Source: Squalus acanthias (taxonomy: Eukaryota). From it: a stretch of DNA of 64,000 nucleotides. Positions 24,796 through 38,064 of this stretch are shown here, one piece after another. The DNA lies in contig CM059431.1 in the NCBI GenBank assembly GCA_030390025.1, positions 103,790,001 through 103,854,000 of the forward strand. Direction: 5' to 3'. A program made the position numbers and the translations under genes. The first letter of the stretch is position 1; each line of letters begins with the position of its first letter. The notes under the pieces are model-generated. The model was given only the letters and a program-made list of their open reading frames with translations, did no database searches and was not told the DNA's origin.

Positions 24796-25726
24796 TTAGT
24801 TTAAACCCTCCCCAACAGCACTAGCAAACACTCCCCCTAGGACATCGGTCCCGGCCCTGCCCAGGTGCAGACCGTCCCGTTTGTACTGGTCCCACCTCCC
24901 CCAGAACCGGTTCCAATGTCCAAGGAATTTGAATCCCTCCCCCTTGCACCATTCCTCTAGCCACGTATTCATTTGAAATATCCTCCTATTTCTACTCTGA
25001 CTAGCACGTGGCACTGGTAGCAATCCTGAGATTACTACCTTTGAGGTCCTCTTTTTTAATTTACCTCTTAACTCCCTATATTCTGCTTTTAGGACCTCAT
25101 CCCGTTTTTTACCTATATCGTTGATGCCTATGTGCACCACGACAACTGGCTGTTCGCCCTCCCCCTCCAAAGTGTTCTGTAGCCGCTCCGAGACGTCCTT
25201 GACCCTTGCACCAGGGAGGCAACACACCATCCTAAAGTCTCGATTGCGGCCGCAGAAACGCCTATCTATTCCCCTTACAATTGAATCCCCTATCACTATA
25301 GCTCTTCCACAATTTTTCCTCCCAGCCTGTGCAGCAGAGCCACCCATGGTGCCAGGAAGTTGGCTGCTGCCACCTTCCCCTGATAAGTCATCCCCCCCAA
25401 CAGCATCCAAAGTGGTATATCTGTTTGAGAGGGGGATGGCCACAGGGGACCCCTGCACTACCTGCCTGCACCTGTTACTCTGCCTGGTGGTCACCCATTC
25501 ACTTCCTGCCTGTACACCCTTTACCTGCGGTGTGACCAACTCACTAAACGTGTTATTCACGACGTTCTCAGCGTCGCGAATGCTCCAATATGCATCCATC
25601 CGCAGCTCCAGCGCCGTAATGCGGTCCGTCAGTAGCTGCAGCTGGATACATTTCCCACACACATGGTCGTCAGGGACACAGGAAGTGTCCCTGATTTCCC
25701 ACATATTGCAGGAGGAGCATATCACG
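24796..25726 (-). CDS. CR1 ORF1p: zinc-finger/leucine-zipper plus SGNH esterase domain (open, native start missing)
   Basis: CSSC..CGKC, coiled coil, VIGDSIVRG, CLPGARVKD, VHIGIND, DGLHL. Confidence 0.88.
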
Positions 25727-26569
25727 ATTACAGAGATAGGAAGGGGTGAGGCCATGGAGGCATTTGAAAACAAGGATGAGAATTTTGAATTGGAGCCGCT
25801 GCTTAACCGGGAGCCAATGTAGGTCAGCGAGCACAGGGGTGATGGGCGAACGGGACTTGGTGCGAGTTAGGACACGGGCAGCCGAGTTTTGGAAGACTTT
25901 AAGTTTACGTAGGGTAGAATGTGGGAGGCCAGCCAGGAGTGCATTGGAATAGTCGAGTCTAGAGGTAACAAAGGCATGGATGAGGGTTTCAGCAGCAAAT
26001 GAGCTGAGGCAGGGGCGGAGACTGGCGATGTTACGGAGGTGGAAATAGGCGGTCTTAGTTATGCCACAGATATGTGGTTGGAAGCTCATTTCAGTGTCAA
26101 ACATGACAGCAAGGTTGCAGACAGTGTGGTTCAGCCTCAGACAGATGCTAGGGAGAGGGATGGGGTCGGTGGCTAGGGAACGGAGTTTGTGGCGGGGCCC
26201 AAAGACAATGGCTTCGGTCTTCTCAATATTTAATTGGAGAAAATTTCTGCTCATCCAGAACTGGATGTCGGACAAGCAATGTGTTAATTTGGTAGAACAG
26301 TGGACTTCCGTAAAGTTAATTATTTGTGGCAGGTACCAGGAAAGTGAGCATTAGAACGCATGTTATGATGGTCACAAAGGACTTGTAGGTTGAGGGAATG
26401 GATTCATTTTCTGTTGTAGAAGCTGATGAAATTGGTGAAGGGAGCACACATGGCCATGCGTGTAAAATCTTGTAGTTTGGGTAATCCAAACACTCTAGTT
26501 ATGCTGGTCCATTTGATAGCTGATGTACTGTAGCTCTAGCAAACAATGAGAAGATGAGAATGGAATCAA

Positions 26570-26955
26570 AACAACAACTTGCATTTATATAGCGCCTTCG
26601 ATGTAGTAAAACATCGCAAGGCGCTTCACAAGAGCGATTATCAAACAAAATTTGACACCGAGCCACATAAGGTGATATTTGGACAGGTGACCAAAAGCTT
26701 GGTCAAAGGTAGGTTTTAAGGATCATCTTAAAGGAGGAGAGAAGTGTAGAGGTTTAGGAAGGGAATTCCCGAGCTTAGGGACAAGGCAGCTGAAAGCGCG
26801 GCCGCCAATGGTAGAGCAGAAAAAAATCAGAGATGTGCAAGGGGCCAGAATTGGAGGAGCGCAGAGATCTCGGAGGGTTGTAGGGCTGGATGAGTTTACA
26901 GAGATAGGGGGGGAGGGGGGCGAGGACATGGAGCAATTTGAAAACAACGATGAGA
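26570..26955 (-). mobile_element. L2 3' fragment
   Basis: (CAA)n tail and L2 3' similarity. Confidence 0.85.
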
Positions 26956-27229
26956 ATAAGCAGACACCCATAGTCTGCGGCAGATATTGTTTGCTTCCGT
27001 TGCTTGAGCATGCACTCAGTGTGCTCATGATGGAATCAGCAAGTATTTCCGTTATGAAAAAATTTAAATCAGCTTGAATTCCTCTAACTTTAATAGAGAG
27101 GACAGTAATTCAATTCAGTGATGGTAGATTGTTTACACCGCTCTGAATTAAATGATCTCACCATGTAGCAAATTTAAATCCTTATCTTGAAGGTAAAATA
27201 TTTTACTCTTCAGAATGTTCAGAGCAAAA

Positions 27230-27700
27230 AAGAAGACAGATTTGCATTTCTATAGCGCCTTTCACGAACAACGGATGTCTCAAAGCGCTTTACAGTCAAC
27301 AAAGTACTTTTGAAGTGTAGTCACTGTTGTAATGTAGGGAATGCGGCAACCAATTTGCGCACAGCAAGCTCCCACAAAAAGCAATGTGATAATGACCAGG
27401 CAATCTGTTTTTAGTGATGTTGGTGGAGAGATAAATATTGGCCCAGGACACCGGGGATATCTCCCCTGCTCTTCTTCGAAATAGCGGCTGCAGGATCTTT
27501 TACATCCACCTGTGAGGGCAAACGGGGCCTCGGTTTAACGTCTCATCCGAAAGGTGGCACCTCCGACAGTGCAGCGCTCCCTCAGTACTGCACTGGAGTG
27601 TCACCCTAGATTTTTGCGCTCAAGTCTCTGGAGTGGGGCTTAAACCCACAACCTTCTGACTCAGAGATGAGGGCACTACCAACTGGACCACTGGCTGACA
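27230..27700 (-). mobile_element. DeuSINE, full length
   Basis: Head, core and tail present. Confidence 0.9.
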
Positions 27701-27817
27701 AGTAAATTTGAACTCTTTAAGAACCAATTTAGTATAATTCATAATTCTGTTAAAACAAAAACAGATTAGCAGCCACCATTTAAACAGAGCGCCAGATTCT
27801 GCACGGACAAATACAAT

Positions 27818-28581
27818 AGCCCGAAAATTAGACCTAATACGGGAGATTACGCACTGTGTACTCTCACGTATTAGGTCCCGAAGTGCCGGTTTTTTGCATG
27901 CACTGCGCATGCGCGGGAAACCGGCACTTTGGGTATGGCAAAGGGGGCGGTTCCTAAGTGAACCGTGTGCGCGCTACAGGTTGCACACACGCAGCACACT
28001 TAGATTTTTTTCAGGTTTGAACGCGCAGGTAAGTGTTGAAGATTTTACACATGAAGAAAGCAGGCGTAAGACCCCCTTTTAACAAGGTAAGTAGTTAATT
28101 AAGTATTATTTAAATTTTTTTTCAACAGGTTTATCTTTTTTAGAGACTTTAAAGAAAGGTAAGTTTATTTTTATAACTTTTAAAAAGAATTAAAAAATTT
28201 TCAAAAATTTAAATTTTTGTTTAAAGTGGTTAATTTATTTAACTATAGTTATTTTATTAATGTGATGGCTTTTTTTTAAATTTAATTGAGGTTTAGCTGT
28301 TCTTTTGGGGGCTTGTTGTATTCCTAGTTTTGACAGCTCTTCCTGTCAAAACTATGAATGAAAGATGGTGTGCTGCCATTGGCTCTAACTGGCCCACGTG
28401 ATCCCAGAGGTAGCATCGAACTAACTGTGCCTCTGGGACACGCACACACTGCGCGCCGGCACCAGGGAGAGGCCCAGGAACTGAAGTTCGTGTGGGCCAA
28501 AACCATAAAGGCAGGCGCGGAGTGCGATATCGTGGGGGATCCTTACCCCCGCGGCAACCATCGAAGTCCAATTTCTGGGCC
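27818..28581 (+). mobile_element. MITE, subfamily related to 23459-24204
   Basis: Ends AGCCCGAAAATT / AATTTCTGGGCC; shared AT-rich core. Confidence 0.9.
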
Positions 28582-28769
28582 ATTGTTTTTCTAACAATAT
28601 CGATCAATATAAACATTTTGGCCGCATCCTTCATACTTCAGTGATTACATTTCAAAATGTCAAAACTACCAAAAAGTTTGTGTTTTTTTTCTGACCTGTA
28701 ACAGAAATTTACAAGCATTTGCCAATCAGCAAACCTCCTTTAGCAAACAGCAATTAACCTCTGACCTAT

Positions 28770-29098
28770 TTCGCTTAGCAGAGCGAGGTCAATAACCAGG
28801 GGGGAATAAATTTAAAGTAATTGGTTGGAAGTTTAGAGGAGAGTTGAGGAGAAATGTTTTCACCCAGAGGGTGGTGGGGGTCTGGAACTCACTGCCTGAA
28901 AGGGTGGTAGAGGCAGAAATCCTCATCACATTTAAAAAGTACTTGGATATGCTCTTGAAGTGCTGTAACCTACAGGGCTACGGACCAAGAGCTGGAAAGT
29001 GGGATTAGGCTGGGATAGCTCTTTTACGGCCGGCACAGACATGATGGGCCGAATGGCCGCCTTCTGTGCTGTAATTTTCTATGATTCTATGATTCTAC
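28770..29098 (+). mobile_element. CR1 3' fragment
   Basis: FTQRVVGVWNSLP region and (ATTCTATG)n tail. Confidence 0.88.
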
Positions 29099-30069
29099 GA
29101 TCCTCTGACTGACCTGACGCTGTATTTACTCACAGCAATAAGAACATTGTGGCCTATAGGAACAGATTACAAAAAACATAGCTTTGCATTAGCAACAGAA
29201 TAATAAATTCATATCTGGTGTACCATAAACAATACAATGGGAGATCTGCCTGTATAATTAAAAGTTTTAGTCTGTCATGTAGGGAAACATGTCCATAAGG
29301 GCTTGGAAAGTTCCTGACCTGTCCCTTGTGCATAAAGCATGTTGAATCAAATTTCACATTCAGTAGAAATCAACTAATCAAGAAAAAATTAAGAGATTGA
29401 CGTCTTCAGCAAACAAATCCCATGCTGCCCGAGCGGCTGAGTGTTTCCAGCGCCTTCTGTTTTTATTTCAAATCAAACAACATCTAACTTTTAACCAATA
29501 TAACTGCATATGGTGAGCCACAGATCGATGTTTTGATAGTATCGGAAGAAAATCTCATGCGATTGTTTGGCCCGCAAAGTCTGGAATGGGAGACTGAAAC
29601 TGAACTTCAAGCATCTGCCAATGACTATAGTAAATGTTTTCCGAATGCTATATTTTACCATGCATTGTACCCAGTAGGAACTTTAATCTGCTATATGATA
29701 GGCCTTGTTTATGCATCAAGAATATGTTCTGCTTTCATACTCTACCTTGACCCTTCTGTCTAAACAATGTGATGAGCCAAAGTGGATTTGGATCTTCCAC
29801 CACTGGGACTCTTGGTTGAAAGTGAGCAATGTGGACACCACCTCAGCTATCTAGTCCCAGGGTGAGAAGTACATGGCTCGCATGGGAGGAGGACACGCAA
29901 TGCACACAGATGTCACATATGCCACCGCAACAGTAAGTTTCCAATGTGACCAGGAGACAGACAGGCTTGCCTGCGGTTAATCATTTGTTGTACAAGTCTG
30001 TGTAATGTTCCCAATGGATGTGAGGTGTTATTTCTGATGAGTGACTGTATCAGCCATATCACAAAAATT

Positions 30070-31067
30070 GGACGTGTGGTTGATAGTGAGGAAGAAAAGC
30101 TGCAGACTGCAGGAAGATATCAATGGACTGGTCAGGTGGGCAGAAAGGTGGCAAATGGAATTCAATCCGGAGAAGTGCGAGGTAATGCATTTGGGGAGGG
30201 CTAACAAGGCAAGGGAATACACAATAAATGGTAGGACACTGAGAAGTGTAGAGGAACAGAGGGACCTTGGAGTGCTTGTCCACAGATCCCTGAAGGTAGC
30301 AGGACAGGTAGATAAGGTGGTTAAGAAGGCATACGGGATACATTACTTTATTAGCCAAGGCATAGAATATAAGTCCCAGGGAAGGAGCGATAGCTCCGAA
30401 AGCTTGTGATTTCAAATAAAACTGTTGGACTATAACCTGGTGTTGTGCGACCTCTCAATAGAATATAAGAGCAGGGAGGTTATGCTTGAACTGTTTAAAA
30501 CACTAGTTAGGCCACAGCTAGAATACTGCGTACAGTTCTGGTCACCACATTACAGGAAAGGTTTAATTGCACGAGAGAGGGTACAGAGACGATTTACGAG
30601 GATGTTGCCAGGACTGGAGAATTTTAGCTATGAGGAAAGATTGGATAGGCTGGGGTGTTTTCTTTGGAACAGAGGAGGCCGAAGGGAGGCTTGATTGAGG
30701 TGTATAAAATTATGAGGGGCCGAGATAGAGTGGATAGGAAGGACCTATTTCCCTTAGCAGAGAGGTCAATAACCAGGGGGCATAGATTTAAAGTAATTGG
30801 TAGAAGGAATAGAGGGGAGCCGAGGAGAACTTTTTTCACCCAGAGGGTGGTGGGGGTCTGGAACTCACTGCCTGAAAGGGTGGTAGAGGCAGAAACCCTC
30901 ATCACATTTAAAAAGTACTTGGATATGCACTTGAAGTGCCGTAACCTGCAGGGCTACGGACCAAGAGCTGGAAAGTGGGATTAGGCTGGGATAGCTCTTT
31001 TTCGGCCAGCACAGACACGATGGGCCGAATTGCCTCCTTCTGTGCTGAAAATGTCTATAATTCTATG
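30070..31067 (+). mobile_element. CR1 3' fragment (~1 kb)
   Basis: WAERWQMEFNPEKCEVMHLG...LEYCVQFWSP...; ATTCTATG tail. Confidence 0.92.
30374..30457 (+). mobile_element. Single-arm Penelope-derived mini-insertion inside CR1
   Basis: Arm sequence with truncated hammerhead; 12-bp TSD ATAGAATATAAG 30362-30373 / 30458-30469. Confidence 0.88.
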
Positions 31068-31395
31068 ATCAGCCAATCCAATATATGACATTATTCACCA
31101 CAGCAAGGACCATTCCCTTACCTGAAATGGGTAGCGATCCCATTTTCCTGAAGCTCCCATTCATCTTGCTCTTCATCAGAGAGGATTGTGGGCGACTGGA
31201 GGACAACCTCAAATCTCGCTCTACTGGGTTTAGTAAAAACCTCCTCTTACTTTGAGCTGGATGTGTAGTGGACAGATCTGGAAGCCTCTTAATTGTGCGG
31301 AATCCGCAACAGAACCATCTGAATTGGGTAACAACTCTGGTTAATGGTGTTAACAGGTGTTGGAACCTTATAACATCTAGTCCTGAAGAAGGAAT

Positions 31396-31988
31396 ATCCT
31401 GACTTTTACCAACATGGCATTTTCCAGGCATTGTTCTGCCATTGGGGGGGAAAAAAACTTCTAACGTGCAGAACTTTCCCTGCCCCTGCTGTAGGCCGCA
31501 TGCTCTGACCCTGACCTGGCGTATTTCCCACCCTCCCAAGATGGCGAGCTGGCCGTCCGTGCTCAGTAAATAAACAACCAAGAAATCCAATCGGGAATTC
31601 AGGAGAAACTTCTTTACCCAGAGAGTGGTGAGAATGTGGAACTCGCTTCCACAGGGGAGTGGTTGAGGCGAATAGCACAGTTGCGTGTAAGGGGAAGACT
31701 GGATAAACACATGAGGGAGAAAGGAATAGAAGGTTATGCTGATAGGCTGAGATGAAGTAGGGTGGGAGGCGGCACAGTAGCTTGCATAGACCAGTTGTGC
31801 CGAATGGGCTGTTTCTGTGCTGTAAATTCTCTGTAATTCTATGTAATTGCACTGGCAGCTCACCAGCTATATTTAAATGAGGCTCGACCATCAAACATGG
31901 TTTGAGCCTCTCGCTAACATCGGGCGGGCATTGCGATCACTTCATCCGCTGCCCGCCTGATGTATGCCAAGGACAAAAGTCGGGGCCC
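31396..31988. mobile_element. Old MITE containing a CR1 3' fragment (31570-31847, +)
   Basis: Ends CCTGACTTTT / AAAAGTCGGGGCCC; internal CR1 tail. Confidence 0.55.
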
Positions 31989-33623
31989 ATATCTCTTCAC
32001 TTAGTTCATGTGGAGAGATTTATATCCACTTCAAAGGTGTATTCTCCCCCACCCCCCACCCACTCTTAAAACAATGACAGGAAAGTATGAACACAATCAA
32101 TGTCTTCTCACATCTTTATTTTCTTTGATGTGACTGCTGATTTTTTTGAAGTTGTGAATTTCAATCACACCATTAGAGGAATTGGAGGGGTGGAGTTGAC
32201 TGAGAGAATTGATTTAACATCAGTAGATAAATCATTAACCTGGGGTGATTCAGTGATCTTGACGTTTCAACTGTGCACGTTAATTAACTCCTTCGCACTG
32301 CCAGGCTCTAACTCCTCCCAGCCGGTTCCCTAATGAGCTCATTAGCACAAACAAGCAAAAAAACTAAAAAGGAAGGAACACAAATATATATATATATATA
32401 TATATCATAATATGTAATCATTGAATTTTTAAAGGGGATATTAAGGTTCTGATAGAAGCAGAGCACTTCCTGGCTTCATATTCTAAAATTTCTGCATTAT
32501 ATGAATTGTCATATGAAATTGTACTTCATGTGAACAGAATTGTTGATGGGAAGTGAATTAGAACAATGCATGTTATTTACTCAGCATGTATACATTTCTG
32601 CGATGGACGATTTGTTCAGCCGATTCTCCAAGGTGTTGCTGATTGCCTCAATTTACCAACCCAATGTAACAGACACATGGTTTTGAGATGCTAACACAAT
32701 GCGAGATTGCTATCTCATATTGGGAACCAGGCTAATTAATGCGCAAATCATGAACAATCAAAACCTATTACAATGCCTTGGAAGGCTGGCCTTATAGCTC
32801 AATGACAAAATTGATTAATTGTATAGCTGTTCAGGTAGTTTGCACGTAAAGGCAGATGAAAGACTGGTGTCAGGAAGTTCCTCAACCAAAGAATGAGCAA
32901 TGGAGTTCTAGGAGGCAAGTGAAGGCAGTAATGTATAGCAAGGTTCTGAAGGATACAACAGTTTACCGGAGCACTGCCTGCTAGCACCAGTTCACAGGCA
33001 TAGCTATCAGATTCAAAGAATTGTAGAAAGTTTAACACAGAAAAAAGAAAAGAAGGTTTATATAGTGCCTTCATGACCTCAGGACGTCTCAAAGCGCTTT
33101 ACAGCCAATGAAGTACTTTTGAAGTGCAGTCACTGTTGGAAGGGTGCCATTTGGCCCATTGTGACTGTCAATCAGTGATGGGGTGAAACTTGAGTGAGAT
33201 TCTGAGGAGGAGTTATCCGATGAATAAGTCAGGAAGTGTAGAGCAAAGACATGGGTTTGGTGAGTTGCCTACAAATGTATTGTACAGTGTTCCAGCCTCT
33301 CCAGTAAGTACAATGCAGCACCTGGGCCCTGTAGAAGGCCCTTACCTGTTGTCCATCGAAGAGGGAATGATCAGCTTTCCTCACTGCCACACATCTAAGA
33401 GCAAATCACCTGGCAACTGCAGTATGCAGGACGTCATTGAGGAATGAGTGGAGACATCCAATATTAAGGGACTCCAAGACAATTGAGGTGGGGTTCTCCT
33501 AGATCCGGGAACATGCAAAGAAGAAAGCCTACAACATGACCAGGAGTGCAAAGGCACAAGAGCAACTGGAAATGACTGGTTATGCTGTTTCATGGCTATG
33601 GCTTTTCATGACGCCTTTGAAAT

Positions 33624-34240
33624 CAACAACAACAACAACTTGTATTTATATAGCGCCTTTAACATAGTAAAACGTCCCAAGGCGCTGCACAGGAGTATTG
33701 TAAGACAAAGAATTTGACACCGAGCCAAATAAGGATAAATTAGGGCAGGTGACCAAAAGCTTGGTCAAAGAGGTAGGTTTTAAGGAGCGTCTTAAAGGAG
33801 GAGAGAGAGGTAGCGAGGCGGAGAGGTTTAGGCAGGGACTTCCAGAGCTTAGGGCCCAGGAACAGAAGGCACGGCCGCCAATGGTTGAGCGATGATGCTC
33901 AAGAGGGCAGAATTAGAGGAGCGCTGATATCTCGGGGGGTTGTGGTGCTGAAGGAGATTACAGAGATAGGGAGGGAGCGAGGCCATGGAGGGATTTGAAA
34001 ACAAGGATGAGAATTTTGAAATCGAGGCGTTGCTTAACCGGGAGCCAATATAGGTCAGCGAGCACAGGGGAGATGGGTGAACGGGAATTGGTACGAGTTA
34101 GGACACGGGCAGCCGAGTTTTGGATGACCTCAAGTTTACATAGGGTAGAACATGGGAGGCCAGCCAGGAGTGTGTTGGAATAGTCAAGTCTAGAGGTAAC
34201 AAAGGCAGGGATGAGGGTTTCAGCAGCGGATGAGCTGGGG
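33624..34240 (-). mobile_element. L2 3' fragment
   Basis: (CAA)n tail; similarity to other L2 copies. Confidence 0.9.
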
Positions 34241-34697
34241 CATGGAGATGCGAGTGAGTTACAGGAAGGATCCTCCCTGCTACTGATGAAGGCACGTTAA
34301 GAGTATCGCAGGCAGCTAGCCACTTGACTCAGCAGAGACCAACACCTTCTATTCACTCATATGTGGAAAGACGCAGAAGTAGCAGACAGTTGGGTATTTA
34401 TGACGAAGGTGATATGTCTGAAAGAGTGAACACCATAGGGAGAAAGACTGAAAAAATAGACCAGCAGAGTGGATCACCCACCTCTTATAGAACCCGCCCA
34501 ATTTTCGTCCCATTGATTTTAGTTAAACAAGCTATTAAACAAATTATGTTCTTATCTGTCTGTTAATTGCACTTCAACACTTGAACACTGCAGAGGGAGC
34601 CAATGCATGGTGTTAGAAAGGCTGATTTCCATGACTTTACCTGCAACACCAGAATTCAACTGCATTGAATGCACATCTAACAATTCTTAAAACAGGA

Positions 34698-35150
34698 TGT
34701 CAGCCTTGTCTCAGTGGTTGCCGAGTCAGAAGCTCGTGGGTCCAAGTCCCACTCCAGAGGCTTGAGCATATCATTTCGGCTGATATTCCAGTGCAGTGCA
34801 GAGGGAGCGCTGCACTGTCGGAGGTGCCGTGTTCCAGATGAGATGTTAAACCGAGGCCCCGTCTGCCCTCTCAGATGAATGTAAAGATCCCATGACACTA
34901 TTTGGAAGAAGAGCAGGGGAGTTCTCCTCGATGTCCTGGGGCCAACATTTATCCTTCAACCAACATAACAAAAACAGATTATCTGGTCACGATCACATTG
35001 TTGTTTGTGGGGGCTTGCTGTGCACAGATTGGTTGCTGCGTTCCCTGCATTACAACAGTGATTACACTTCAAATGTACTTCATTGGCTGTATAATGCTTT
35101 GGGATGTCCTGAGGTCATGAAATGCATTATATAAATGCAGGTCTTTCTCT
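34698..35150 (+). mobile_element. DeuSINE, near full length
   Basis: Head, core, tail. Confidence 0.88.
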
Positions 35151-35224
35151 TTTCTTATTATGCTCAGATTAAAGGATCACCCCAGTGTCCAGGATGATAT
35201 TATTCCCTTTAATTTCCACAATAT

Positions 35225-35632
35225 TTTGCTTTAAAATTCTCATTCTTGTTTTCAAATCCCTCCACGGCTTTTCCCCTCCCTATCTCTGTAACCTCCTCCA
35301 GCCCCACAACCGTCCGAGATCTCGGCGCTCCTCCAATTCTGCCCTCTTGAGCATCCCGATTATAATCGCTCCACCATTGGCGGCCGTGCCTTCAGCTGCC
35401 GGGGGCCCTAAGTTCTGGAATTTCCTCCCTAATCTTCTCCATCTCTCTCTCTCCTCCTTTACGATGCTCCTTAAAACCCACCTCTTTAACCAAGCTTTTG
35501 GTCACCTGCCCTAATATCTCCTTATGTGGCTCGGTGTCAAACTTTGTTTGATAATCGCTCCTGTGAAGCACCTTGTGGACGTTTTACTACGTTAAAGGCG
35601 CTATATAAATACAAGTTATTGTTGTTGCTGTT
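35225..35632 (+). mobile_element. L2 3' fragment
   Basis: FKILILVFKSLHG..PPYL; (TTG)n tail. Confidence 0.88.
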
Positions 35633-36404
35633 GTGTTCCTCCAGCTTGTGCGGAAATGACCTCCATATTAGTTTTATGCCTCATTGCAATGAGCCAAGTA
35701 ATGAAGTGCAGCATAAATAGCTGCCATTTTTATACCATTTTACCTACGTCACAATAGCCAACAATGATTGGTTACAAAAGCACAGCTGTATTGTGGATCG
35801 AGATAGCTCTCTTAGGTTTAAAGGAAGACACACTAGTTTACCAAATATCCTGACTTGCACTGTCTTCGGGGATTCAGATTTACTAAGCTAATATCGTGTA
35901 ACCTGCATGGTGAGTTTCACGATGCTTTGCAGTGCCAGACCAATTCCAGGCCGCTGATAGCAGTGCAGGTCACTGCAACATTCGCCCATGCTACCGACAC
36001 CTTTCAAAGCAACTGTGTTCGGCAATCAGTCAACAATCCGCAAAGTAATTTCTTAAGTTACTGCCACTTTGCAAAGCTGAACACTACACTCCAGACAACA
36101 TTTTACTCATATGGGCCCAGATGTTCCAACTGAAAAGGCTGGCGGTTACCATCGGTGTTACAATCAGAAAACCAAGGCCGTTGTATCGGGGTAAAATGAG
36201 CTTGCGTTTTTTGATAAACGTATTTACTACAACTCTTTTTAGGTTGCATTCCGTCTCTTTACTTCCCTCTGCCACCATTTGACATGGTGCGTACGTATCT
36301 TTTTCTGGTTCAAGCACTGTTTAAGTGTCAGGCGTTTTTCTCTACCTTGTGTAGAACATGCAGAGAAACTGTTCCAAATCACTACCAGCCCTCTCATTTA
36401 GGAA

Positions 36405-37205
36405 GGTAGGAACAGGAGCGTAGGCCGTTCAGCCCCTCGAGCCTGTTCTGCCATTCAATTAGATCATGGCTGATCTGCGACCGAACTCCATAAAAAGAAA
36501 GAAAGACTTGCATTTATATAGCGCCTTTCACGACCAACAGATGTCTCAAAGTGCTTTACAGCCAATGAAGTACTTTTGAAGTGGAGTCACTGTTGTAATG
36601 TAGAAAACGCGGCAGTCAATTTGCGCAAAGCAAGCTCCCACAAACAGCAATGTGATAATGACCAGATAATCTGTTTTTGTTATGGTGGTTGAGGGATAAA
36701 TATTGGCCAGGACACCAGGGATAACTCCCCTGCTCTTCTTCGAAATAGTGCCATGGGATCTTTTACGTCCACCTGACAGAGCAGACGGGGACTCGGTTTA
36801 ACATCTCATCTGAAAGACGGCACCTCTGACAGTGCAGCGCTCCCTCAGCACTGCACTGGAGTGTCAGCCTAGCTTTATGTGCGCAAGTCCCTGGAGTGGG
36901 AACCCACAACCTTCTGACTCAGAGGCGAGTGTGCTACCCACTGAGCCACAGCTGACACATATACCTGCCTTGGTTCCTAACCTTTAATACCCTTGCCTAA
37001 CAAAAATCTATCAATCTCAGTTTTGAATTTTTTAATTGACCCCCAGCCTCAACAGCTTTTTGGGGGAGAGAGTTCCAGATTTCCACCACCCTTTGTGTGA
37101 AGAAGTGCTTCCTGACATCACCCCTGAATGGCCTAACTCTAATTTTAAGGTTATTTCCACTTGTTCTGGACTCCCCCCACCAGAGGAAATAGTTTCTCTT
37201 TATCA
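36405..37205 (-). mobile_element. CR1 3' fragment with nested full-length DeuSINE (36492-36957, -)
   Basis: CR1 3' UTR 36405-36491 continues at 36958. Confidence 0.85.
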
Positions 37206-37837
37206 ACTCTGCTGCTCAATTGATTGGAGACCTGAAATTTACTCAAAAACCTCTTTGCGTGCTCCAAGAAGAGTAGAGCACACCACAGATTGTACTGGGG
37301 ATGTTTTTTGGGCTTTTGGAAACTGGAACGTTAATCTCATCATTTTTGCACTACAATTAGAAACCCTAATTACTTCAGTCTTCCACTGGTTGAGTTGATT
37401 CTATACGATTCATTAGCATTGCCAGCCGAAAGCTGGCCAATCAGGACTTGCCTGCAATAATGATCATTTCATGCCTTTCAAGTGCCTTATCAGCCAGTTA
37501 ACTAGTCAATAATAGCCAAGAATATTAATCCAGCTTTTGGAGATTGGGAAACTGTAGGGAATTAAAGCAGTGCAGCGCATTTGTACAGCTCAATTCACTG
37601 GCACGCCTTTTTGGAATTTGCAAGACAGTTTTCTAGTTCTAGAGCAATCGAAACCAAAGTATTTCCTCTTGTGTACACTATCAACCTTTGAGTTTCAAGC
37701 CGGAAACCGAGTAAACGACAGGTTTTAAAAATAACGTGCAACATCCGCGTGTGAAGTTTGGATACTTCAATTAATATTTTGGTTAGCTCTGGCCTTCTTT
37801 CTGCTTGTGATGATTCATTCTAAACGGCCAAGGCTCT

Positions 37838-38050
37838 TGGTCCTGGAGTTTCCGCTCGGTTGCGTTGGTATTTCCAGCGCGATTCGCCCGAAACCGGCCA
37901 AGCCAGCGCGAAAGACCGAGGAATTTCAAGCGCAAATTTCATCCAGCGCTAATCGAGTTCCCGTGATCATGTGCGCTGGTTTAAAAAAATTGCGCTGAAG
38001 CTGGCCCCGCCCACAAAACTGGCCACGCCCCCAAGGTCGAATTGATCACC
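37838..38050 (+). mobile_element. Truncated MITE (related to 42298-42750)
   Basis: Shared start CCTGGAGTTTCCGCTCGGTTGCG. Confidence 0.7.
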
Positions 38051-38064
38051 TAGAGATTGCTGAG

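Larger units (their letters stand above)
20979..25726 (-). mobile_element. Near-complete CR1 LINE (5'-truncated at the start of ORF1)
   Basis: ORF1 + ORF2 + 3' UTR with (TTTCTATG)n tail. Confidence 0.95.
20627..26280 (-). mobile_element. L2-type LINE 3' part (20627-20978 + 25727-26280) split by a CR1
   Basis: WMSRNFLQLNIEKTE...AFVTSRLDYSNALLAGLP; (CAA)n tail; GAAGGAGAT|TACAGAGATAGG rejoined across the CR1. Confidence 0.88.

Noticed and set aside
21545..25822. Plus-strand ORFs over the CR1
   Set aside because: Antisense shadows of CR1 ORF1/ORF2
31069..31863. 264-aa ORF as a single gene
   Set aside because: Most of its length runs through antisense CR1 and MITE sequence
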